Shown here piece after piece: positions 8,837-18,500 of a stretch of 25,228 bases of DNA. This DNA comes from Alloascoidea hylecoeti. Taxonomy: Eukaryota. Where the stretch lies: assembly GCA_001600815.1 (NCBI GenBank), contig BCKZ01000032.1:124001-149228 (forward strand), in the 5' to 3' direction. Within the stretch, counting starts at the first letter, position 1. Every line of letters starts with the position of its first letter. The notes below the pieces were generated by a model. It was not told the origin of the DNA. It did not search any database and saw nothing but the letters and a program-made list of their open reading frames with translations. Made by a program: the position numbers and the translations under genes.

Positions 8837-11800
8837 ATGCAAAACTCTCCAAACCAGAACCAACCCGCGGGTCAGAGTAACCCTCAGAACACACAGGGTC
8901 ACACCCGCAGGCCGCACAGGCAGCCATATAATGCCGGCCCCGGCGGGCCCGGAGGCTACTACCCGGGCAGAACCCCTACTTCCCCCTATATGCCCATGGC
9001 CTACGTCATTGCACCGGATCCGTACGCGCAGCAGTACGCCCCTTACTACCCTCAGGCCTTCCAACCCAATACCCAGAGTTACCCGGCTCCTCCTTTCCCG
9101 CAGGTCGCCCAAGGTTACCCGGCCCCACCGCCCCAAGGATACGCTCCTCTGTCACCTGCTCCGGGCAGCTCTCCCTCGTTGTCCCACTCCTCCACCCCTA
9201 TGTCCCACAGAGCTGTCAGTATTAAAAAACCAAATGGTGAACCTTTGACTTTCAGTTCTCCATCTCCAAGCTCTCCACGCTCAAATCTTTTGGCAACTCC
9301 AACTCAATTAAACTCTCAATTACCCGGATCTCCTGCTAAATCTCCTGCAAGATCTCCAAAGACTCCTTTTGCTAAGAAAGTTTTAAGTCCTACCGCCAAT
9401 AATACTATCGAAGCTTTTAAAGCAAGTGTTGCTAAAAAAGCTGAAGAAAGTAAGAGAAAAAAAGAAGAAGAAAAGAAACGGAAAGAGGAGAATGATAAGT
9501 TAGCGCTTGAAAAGGAAAAAAAAGAAAAAGAAGATGCTGCTAAAAGATTAAAAGAGGAGCAAGAACAAAAATTAGAACAGGAGAGGAAAGAAAAAGAAGA
9601 GAAAGAAAGAAAGGAAAAAGAAGAAAAAGAAAGAAAAGAACGGGAAGAAAAAGAAAAATTGGAAAAAGAAGAAGAAGAGAAACGAAAACGTGAAGAACAA
9701 CGAAAACATGATGAAGAAGAATTAAAACGTAAAGAGGAAGCATTAAAAAAAAGAGAAGAAGAATTAAATCGCAAAGAAGCTGAATTAAAACGTAAAGAAG
9801 AAGAAGAATTGAAAAAAGAAGAACAAAGAAAGCGTATTCAAATACAAGCAAGTGAAATTGAAGCTAATATTAATTCACAATTGGCATTGGCTGCTTCAAC
9901 TCCTGTTCCAACTACAACTTCTCCTTTACCTTCAAAATTGGGTACAACTCCTACAATTAATGAAGAAGGCACTGCTTCTTCTACTAATCCTGCATCTAAA
10001 GAACCCGAAACAATTGTTTTTTCAATCTCAAAATTTATGGAAAGAATTCACGCTGCAAAAGCAATTCCATATGAAAAGGTATTTCATTTCAAATATCCCG
10101 AGGGTATACATGGCCCAGATCCAAAATTATTAGGATCAAGCCCCAAAAAGCCAAAATATGATCCTGCTTTCTTAATGCAATTTGAATCAACAGTTAATTA
10201 TCAAACTGATGAATCATGGAAACAAAAAGTTACAAAAATGTTAGTATTTGAAAGACCACAACGTTCAGAACGTAATTTTGGACCTGGTAATAGATCAAAT
10301 TCTTATGCAAAAGGTGGTGATCAAGGTATTGGACAAGGTTTGATTGGATCACCTGCAGGGAGACATTTTTCAATGAGTAAATCTTTAAGCAGAAATGGAT
10401 CTACAGCAAATTTGGCAGATTTAGGTTCAAGACAAAATTCTAGGCAAAACTCAAGACAAAATTCAAGACAAGGAGGTGGTTCTAGAAGACCTCGTAATGG
10501 TAGTAGTAATGTTAATGGACAAGGATTTCCAAGATCATCTACTAGAGATAAACGTGATGGAGGTCGTGATGGAGATAAAAGACGACAACAGCAGCAAATG
10601 CAATCAGCTGAGCCACCAAAACCAACAGAACCTGTTAAACCATTGGTTTCTTCTGGTAATGGTTGGGTTCCTAAGAGATTAAAGAAGGAAGCTGTTCCTG
10701 AACAATTAGCACCAGATGGAAGTGTTATTCTTGATGCTGAAACAGTTCAAAGACAAGTTAAATCATTATTAAATAAATTAACTTTAGAAAAATTTGATAA
10801 AATATCTCAACAAATTTTTGATATTTCTGCACAATCAAAATGGGAAACTGATGGTAGAACATTACGACAAATTTTAGAGTTAACATTTGCAAAAGCATGC
10901 GATGAAGCACATTGGTCTTCAATGTATGCAAGATTTTGTGGTGCAATGTTTAAATCAATATCTCCTGAAATTTCAGATTCAAATATTCCTGATAAAAATG
11001 GTAAACCAGTTACTGGCGGTTCATTATTTAGAAAATATTTATTAAATAGATGTCAAGAAGAATTTGAAAAAGGTTGGCAAGATAAATTACCTGTTAATGA
11101 AGATGGTACTGAAAAAGAAGTTGAAATGATGAGTGAAGAATATTATAAAGCTGCTGGTGCAAAAAGACGTGGTCTTGGTTTAATCAAATTTATTGGTGAA
11201 TTATATATTTTGGGATTAGTCACTGAAAAAGTTATAATATCTTGTTTAACAGAATTAGCTTCTAATGTTGAGGATCCTTCAGATGATATATTGGAAAGTT
11301 TGTGTCAATTATTAACAACCATTGGTGGTAAATTAGCTGCAAGCTCTCTTAAAGGTCGAAGCGCTTTGGATTTTGTTTTTGATCGATTGGCAATAGTTGT
11401 TCAATTAACTTCAATTTCTACACGTATTAAATTTATGATTATGGATGTTCAAGATTTAAGGAAATGTAATTGGGTAAGTAAAGATGCTGATAAAGGTCCA
11501 AAAACTTTAGCTGAAATTCAAGCTGATGCAGAAGCACAAGATGCTGATAAAGACAATTCAAGACGTGATAAGCAACAACATAATCGTGATCGTCGTAATA
11601 TGGGTGAGAGAACAAATAGTAGAGGTGGTGTTTCAGAATCAAGATCAAATAGTAATAAATGGAATGCAAGACCATTAGAATTACAATTTAAACAAATTAG
11701 AAATTCTGATAATATTAGTGGTGGCTTAGGTCCAAAAAATAACTTTGGTAGTAGAATGAAAAGTGGGCTTGGTAATGATAATTCTGGTAATTCAAGTGGT

Positions 11801-11965
11801 GGATCATCTCGTGAAAATTCAAGAAATCAATCAATTTCTCATGGTGCTACTCATGCAAGAATTGGATCTCTTTCGAATGCCAATTTAAAACCAACTCAAT
11901 CTCAACAAAATATGTTTGCTTTATTAAATCATGAAGATGAAGATGAAGATGAAAAGAAAGATTGA
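8837..11965 (+). CDS. TIF4631: Translation initiation factor eIF4G, 1042 aa
   Basis: eIF4E-binding YxxxxL-phi motif (KYDPAFLMQF) and MIF4G/HEAT domain (VKSLLNKLTLEKFDKI...FAKACDEAHWSSMYA...KRRGLGLIKFIGEL...RIKFMIMDV). It also has Arg/Ser-rich regions, a Pro/Tyr/Gln-rich N-terminus and an E/K coiled-coil tract. It is equally a TIF4632 homolog. Confidence 0.95.
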   Translation: MQNSPNQNQPAGQSNPQNTQGHTRRPHRQPYNAGPGGPGGYYPGRTPTSPYMPMAYVIAPDPYAQQYAPYYPQAFQPNTQSYPAPPFPQVAQGYPAPPPQGYAPLSPAPGSSPSLSHSSTPMSHRAVSIKKPNGEPLTFSSPSPSSPRSNLLATPTQLNSQLPGSPAKSPARSPKTPFAKKVLSPTANNTIEAFKASVAKKAEESKRKKEEEKKRKEENDKLALEKEKKEKEDAAKRLKEEQEQKLEQERKEKEEKERKEKEEKERKEREEKEKLEKEEEEKRKREEQRKHDEEELKRKEEALKKREEELNRKEAELKRKEEEELKKEEQRKRIQIQASEIEANINSQLALAASTPVPTTTSPLPSKLGTTPTINEEGTASSTNPASKEPETIVFSISKFMERIHAAKAIPYEKVFHFKYPEGIHGPDPKLLGSSPKKPKYDPAFLMQFESTVNYQTDESWKQKVTKMLVFERPQRSERNFGPGNRSNSYAKGGDQGIGQGLIGSPAGRHFSMSKSLSRNGSTANLADLGSRQNSRQNSRQNSRQGGGSRRPRNGSSNVNGQGFPRSSTRDKRDGGRDGDKRRQQQQMQSAEPPKPTEPVKPLVSSGNGWVPKRLKKEAVPEQLAPDGSVILDAETVQRQVKSLLNKLTLEKFDKISQQIFDISAQSKWETDGRTLRQILELTFAKACDEAHWSSMYARFCGAMFKSISPEISDSNIPDKNGKPVTGGSLFRKYLLNRCQEEFEKGWQDKLPVNEDGTEKEVEMMSEEYYKAAGAKRRGLGLIKFIGELYILGLVTEKVIISCLTELASNVEDPSDDILESLCQLLTTIGGKLAASSLKGRSALDFVFDRLAIVVQLTSISTRIKFMIMDVQDLRKCNWVSKDADKGPKTLAEIQADAEAQDADKDNSRRDKQQHNRDRRNMGERTNSRGGVSESRSNSNKWNARPLELQFKQIRNSDNISGGLGPKNNFGSRMKSGLGNDNSGNSSGGSSRENSRNQSISHGATHARIGSLSNANLKPTQSQQNMFALLNHEDEDEDEKKD

Positions 11966-12864
11966 TTAATTATTTATCACATTTAAAAAAGATCAACAAC
12001 ATCATAAAGATTAGGATACAATTCCAAAATATACTTATACAAAATTTGCCTCCACAAAAAAGCTTAAGAAGAAGTCATTTTCATTTCCATTTTAAATCCT
12101 AAACATCAACATACCACCATTTTACGTTTTTTATTTTTATTTTTATTTCCTAAAAAATCACTCATCAAATTTAAATGCTCTATTTAAAGATTTATGTTTT
12201 TCCCTTTTCATCTTTAATTAACATTCTACATATATTGCAATTTTGACTATATGTTTTTCTTCAATTTTGCATTAATAAAAGCTAGTTACTTTTACATTTC
12301 ATCTATGTATATGGAGAAGAGTAAATCAAAACATAAAATGGTTTAGCCCTAAATCATTCAATTATGATCTATTGCATATGTTGCATGCATATATTAGCAT
12401 TTGAAGTTGAAAACATTGTTTTTATTTTTCATTTTTTTTATTTTTCATTTTCATTTTTTATACATTTGTTATCAATTAAGTCTATTCTAACAATTTTATT
12501 TACACAATTTTTTGTTTTATTTGCTCTAGATCTATTATAATTAATATTTAATGTTAATAGTCTATCATACCTTAAGCTTGTTTGTTTGTTTGTTCTTTAA
12601 AAAATGTTGTTTTTCTTTTTTGAATTCACATTCAGTGATAAATGCTTAAGCTAAATAAATAAACAATTGCACTTGAGTTAAACGAAGTAAATGATACCAA
12701 TTGAAGGTTTGAATCATGGTCATTAATCAATTTGCAATTTAGCTATACCTATATTATAGCTAATATGTTTAATTTAAATTTATATATATTTTCATGATCA
12801 GTATTTCTCTTTAGTACGAAGAGTTATTCCACTTAATTCCGGCCATGTGATGGATTAAACATTC

Positions 12865-13846
12865 GGCTCCTCATAACAAATTTTCGACCGCAATGTCTAA
12901 GAGTATTAGATAGACTAAAATTTCGTATGGATATAAGAGACATGAGTATACCCATACATAGTAAAGATTCTTAAGAATATTAGGAAAGCCAAATTCCAAT
13001 CCTTTAGACTGGAATTATTTAGAAACTGAATTGTTGGAACTAATAGAAAAGAGTGACGCTATAACTCATTTTAGTCTTGTTGTACTATCTATTGGATATT
13101 AATGATAAATATTTGGTTTCAGGATCAGAAGATGGGTCTTGTATAATCTAGAAATAACCAAATTTTATACTAACAAATCGTCTTATATTCCTATCACAAT
13201 TAGATATAACAGGCATTGCTTTAAACAATGATTATATTGCATGTTGCAATGATGAATATATTGGGGTGTGGACATCAAGTCTTGATAATTTAGAATATCA
13301 ACTAAAGTTCAATTTACAAGTCCGTATAAAATTTAGAGAAAAATGCTCTTTGAATTCAAAATGGTTTTATATATGGTAGAGAATCTGAAGCTTTAAAATC
13401 CTGGAACATTGAAACTGGTCAAATAATACAAGAATTTGGATTTGATGATATTAATTGCCTTTTAAATGAGCAATACTTATTTGTTGGTGAGTACTACAAA
13501 CTAACAGTTTTGGATATACAAACAAATATTTTATTTTGGATCGAATAATATACAGTTTATGTATAAATAACGGTAAACTCTTTTGGGTTTGATTATTATT
13601 TTAATACTAAGATTTAGAATTTAAATGATCTAAAATTATTTAAAGAATTTGAAGATTTAAGAAATTTAGAAGAAGATATAGAATATTATTCTTTATCAAT
13701 TGATGCTGATTCGAAAATGCTAACTTCTTTGGTATACATGGTGATGTTTTAATTTATGATTATTTAAGGAAAAAATATTTAAAACATTTATAATATAATC
13801 CATTGAAAATTTATATTTTATTTAACAACATCTGTTGTGAGGAGCC
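12865..13846. mobile_element. Candidate non-autonomous TIR element carrying a WD40 gene fragment
   Basis: GGCTCCTCATAACAAATTTT (12865-12884) versus the reverse complement of 13827-13846 (GGCTCCTCACAACAGATGTT): 17/20 identical, bracketing the pseudogene. No clear target-site duplication and no transposase. Confidence 0.4.
12968..13793 (+). pseudogene. F-box/WD40 family pseudogene A (5'-truncated; WD40 region only)
   Basis: FLRILGK...LIEKSDAITHFS / LDINDKYLVSGSEDGSCII*K*PNF (stops at 13149 and 13155)...NDYIACC...VWTSSLDNLEYQLKFNLQVRIK / KSWNIETGQIIQEF...YSLSIDADS / GDVLIYDY...KHL*. Homologous to the copies at 22395-23513 and 24447 onward. Confidence 0.9.
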
Positions 13847-14363
13847 CGTATATAATATAGGTATTTTCAATTTGTTCAAAAGCATTTTTTCTATCACTGA
13901 ACTTCTTCAAGACTTCTTCTTGATTGAATATAGTTTCTGGATATAGAAGTCAACGAAACATACGGCAAAACAGTGAAAATTGAGACAATTGTCTTAAAAT
14001 AACTTAGCAATATTCGGTAAACCCTCTTCTAGATCATACATATATGATAACTCTTCCATTTTTCTTTAAATTGAAAAATTCAAGAAAAATATTCCTTATG
14101 TCGTTACAGTTTGAATTATCGATTTTTAACTTATGTATGTACAAAATTGAAATCCAATTGTGTTCCTTATAGTATATTTGGGATTTATTTCTGAATGTCA
14201 TTCCATTTTCAACAGTTTTGAGAGTTCTTTCCATTTAATTATTAGTTTCTCCACTTTTAGATTCTAAATCTTGCTTAAATCAAATCACGACAAAGAAGTT
14301 GTTTCGAGAAGAAGCAAGCATTATTGGAAGTGATCGAATGCATGATAATAAACTTATAATTAT

Positions 14364-14384
14364 TATATATATATATATATATAT
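14364..14384. repeat. (TA)10 microsatellite
   Basis: Seen directly. Confidence 0.9.
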
Positions 14385-14640
14385 TGATTGGATGCAATTT
14401 AGGGCTGTAGATAGTGTTACGTAAATGAGCTTCTAGGAGTAAAACAACAACTCATTTAGCTACTTTATAAGTTTGTAAGGAAAAGGATAAATCACTTAGT
14501 ATCATTAATATAATACTCTATTATATATTTAAATAAGCTTGAAGACAAAAAGACAAGAAGAAATGCAGTATTATATATTTACCAAGTTAATATATAGAAA
14601 AAAGTACAATTTAATTTATAATTATAACTGTAATGATTAA

Positions 14641-15295
14641 TTAAATATTCAAATTTTCAAGTGCTTTAACAGCTTCATTATCACCACCATTATTTACATT
14701 TAATTTCTCAACATTAATATCTTTTGAAGTACTTTCAATTTCATCATCAGAAGTCGGTTCAATACTAAATTTTCCTAATAAATAATCAATAACAGTTTCT
14801 TCAGTTTTTAAATCATTTTCATCATTTGTTGTTTTTTCTTTTGATTCAGCTTCATAAAAAGAATCATGACCAGCTTCATTTTTAATAAAAGGATCAGAAA
14901 CATCAGTTTCAACGATTAATTTAACAATTTCTAAATTTGAATTTAATGATGCCCAATGTAAAGCAGTATTACCAGATTCATTTTTTGAATTTATAAAAAT
15001 TTCAAGTTTTGATTTTGAATTAAACAATGATATTAGATATTTGACAACATCTTAAGAAAGTTAGTGCTAGGAAGAAGAACAAAGACTCAGATAATGACTT
15101 ACTTGAATGACCATTAGCAGCGGCATTATGTAAAGGAGTTTTTAAAGAATATTCATCCTTGATTTGCAATAACAGATCTTCGGAGCTTGTATTGTTTTGG
15201 TGTATTTTGAAGAAGTCTTGTAGGGATTCCAAATCCCCAGCTCTTGAATCGTACAGAACATCATCGATCTCATCTTCAGTTAGGGTAGAGGACAT
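14641..15295 (-). CDS. YAR1: Ankyrin-repeat protein Yar1 (Rps3 chaperone); exons 15295-15103 and 15050-14641, 200 aa
   Basis: N-terminus LTEDEIDDVLYDSRAGDLESL. After splicing, the ankyrin repeats read TPLHNAAANGHSNVVKYLI and NESGNTALHWASLN...DPFIKNEAGHD. This joins the two separate track ORFs. Confidence 0.92.
15051..15102 (-). other. Spliceosomal intron of YAR1 (52 nt, phase 1)
   Basis: GTAAGT ... CACTAAC TTTCTTAAG. Removal restores the ankyrin consensus GHxxVVKYL. Confidence 0.9.
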
Positions 15296-15573
15296 TTTGT
15301 GCGAGAAGTCTCAATGTTGAAAAAGGAAAATGTTTTTTGATGTAGATGGAAAATAGACGGGAGATCTGGAGGTGAAGTTCCGGGAACAGCCAAAAGTTTG
15401 AGTGTTCATCCATGACCAAAAATGCAACAACTGAGGATTAACAAAAAAGTGAAGATCCGGCATGACATTATTATTTGGGTGTTGTTGTGACGACGAGGTT
15501 TTGCATTTTGTTGTAAAAAGTAATTTGCGTCTCTGATTCCTCCCAAATAAACACTTCTAACTATTTTGCCAAA

Positions 15574-18500
15574 ATGAGGAAAGAGGGATCACGTGGGAAA
15601 CCCAACCCACGTCCGTATTCCATCATCGGCACGGGGTCCGGTTTGGGGTCCGGCTGGGATTCGGCGTTGGGCGTGGCGGCTTCCGGAAGGCCTCCGGGAA
15701 GCCCGTACGGCAGTCCGTACGGCAGCTCGTATGGAAATTCGTATGGCAAACCTCCTGGAAGTCTGAATGGTTTGGGTGAGAATTATCATCAAAGGTCAAA
15801 TTCTACCCGTTCTGTTGCGTCTCGTTATATGGAAAACATTAATGCCGAGTCAAGTTTAAACTTGCGAAGGGGCTCTGTCTCATCTTTAAGGTCCATAGTA
15901 GGGGCTGATGCGGAACAAAGAGATAGCATTGTGTCTCCAACAAATACAACTGCTTATCTTAAACAACTATCCCATTCAGGTTCTCGGTATAATGTTGATG
16001 AATTGGTGGATGTTACGGAACATGCTGAAGATGTCGTTGGAATGAAAGGTCGTATACGTTTACAACGGAAAGAAACTCAATCAGAAAACACAAGTTTTGG
16101 TTCTCGTTGGATGGATAAACAACGTGAAAATATTCAAGCTTATGAATATTTATGTAGGATCGGTGAAGCAAAAGAATGGATTGAAGCCTGTATAAATGAA
16201 GAAATCCCATCTATTGTCACACTTGAAGAATCCTTAAGAAATGGTGTTATATTGGCAAAATTAACAAAAGCTTTTAAACCACATTTAGTTAAAAGAATTT
16301 ATACTGCAAAAAGATTACAATTTATACATTCTGAAAATATAAATTATTTTTTTAAATTTTTAGATGAAGTTGGTATGCCTGATTTATTTAAATTTGAATT
16401 AACTGATTTATATGATAAAAAGAATATACCAAAAGTTATATTTTGTATTCATGCTCTAAGTTTTATTTTATCTGCTGAAGATTTAGCTCCTGAAATTAAT
16501 GATTTAGTTGGTAAATTACAATTTACTGATGATGAAATTAGAAAAACTCAAAAAGGTTTGGATGCAACTGGTGTTTCATTACCAAATTTTAATAGTATGA
16601 ATAAACATTTTAAAGATTCAAGAAATAATTCTCCAATACCATCAAGAGAAGCAACTCCAGAACCAATTCCAGAACCTGTTCGTATACCAACTCCACCACC
16701 ACCAAAACCAAAAGAACTTACACCACAAGAACAAGTTGATGTTATTTATAAAAAATTAACTGATTTGGATGCTTTAATAACATTTCAATCAGTATCTCGT
16801 GGTTCAATAACTCGTTACTCATTATTTGTTACAAAATTCGCATTACGTCAACATAGAGATGAATTAACTGAATTATATTCAATTTATCGTGGCAATGAAT
16901 TTCGAAAAAATTTTAAAGAAAAATTATCAATGAATAATGCTAATAATTTTATAACTTCATTACAAAGTATTATACGTGGTAAAAAACAATTAAAACAAAT
17001 TTCAAAATTTAAAAAATTATTAAATAAAAATAATGGAGATATAACAATTTTACAAAGTATTGTTAGATCTAAAAAGACACAAAAGAAACAACAAAATATA
17101 ATATTTCAATTAAATGATAATTTAAATGAAAATTCAGTTATTTCTTTACAAAGTATTATACGTGGTAATAAATCAAGAAAATCATATAACAAGTTAATAT
17201 CAAATGTAAATGATTTAAAATCAAAAGATATTATGGTTAAATTAGATTCTTTAATAAGAGGTATTAATCAAAGATCAAAAATAAGAAATCTTAAAGAAAA
17301 TTTGTCAAAAGATAAATTAAATATTTTAAAATTACAATCTTTAATTCGTGGTATTAAATCAAGATCAAAATTTAATAATTTAAAATTTAATTTATTAAAA
17401 AATGAAAATGAAATAATTTTATTACAATCAATTATAAGAAGAATTAAACAATCTAAAAAATCAATAAAATTAATTTCAAATTTAAATCAATCAAAAAATG
17501 AATTACCAATAATTAAATTACAATCATTATTTAGAGCAAATAAAACTCGATCAAATCAAAAAAATCTTAAAAATAAGCTTTTAAATGAAAATGAATCTAT
17601 TATTACATTACAATCAATTTTTAGATCAACAAAATCAAGACGTGATGTTTCAATAATTAAAAATAATGTTGCAACTACTGAATCAACAATAACTACAATT
17701 TCTTCAATTGTACGTGGTAAAAAAATTCGATCAAATATATCAAAATTAAAGAAACAATTATCAAAAAATTCAAAATCTATTTCAAATTTACAAGCAATTA
17801 TAAGAAGAATACAATATATTGATGAATTTAATGAATTTAGAAGTTTATTAACAAATCCAAGAATAAGCTCATCAATTTTAAATTTACAATCATTATCAAG
17901 AGGTGCAATAGTTAGGAATTCACAACGAAAATTATTATCAGAATTATATGGAGATTTTGATACTGTTTATGAAATTAAATCATTACAATCAATAATTCGT
18001 GGTAATTTTAAAAGATCTTTTTATTCATCAATTATAAAAGAATTAAAACGAACTTTTAATATGTCTTTAGAATTACAATCAATTGCAAGAGGTGGATTAT
18101 GTCGAGAAGCTTTAAATAATTTATTAGACTCAATTGATATGGAAGAATATAATATATTACAATTACAATCAATTATACGTGGTGGAATAATAACAAGAAA
18201 TGGATTAATTGATTTTCATTATGATTTATTATTAAATGAATATGAAATTATTGAATTACAATCAATTTTTAGAGGTGTTTTGATTAGATTTGGTTATGAT
18301 TTAATAAGAGATGATTTAAATGATGCAACTTCTGGTGTTATATTATTGCAATCTCATTTACGTGGTTATTTAATAAGAAAACGTTATAATGATAGAATGC
18401 AATTTTTTAAAGATAATATTGATAAAATTATAAATTTACAAAGTTACGTTAGAGCAAGAACTCAAGGTAATGCATATAAACAATTAATTTCAACTACAAA

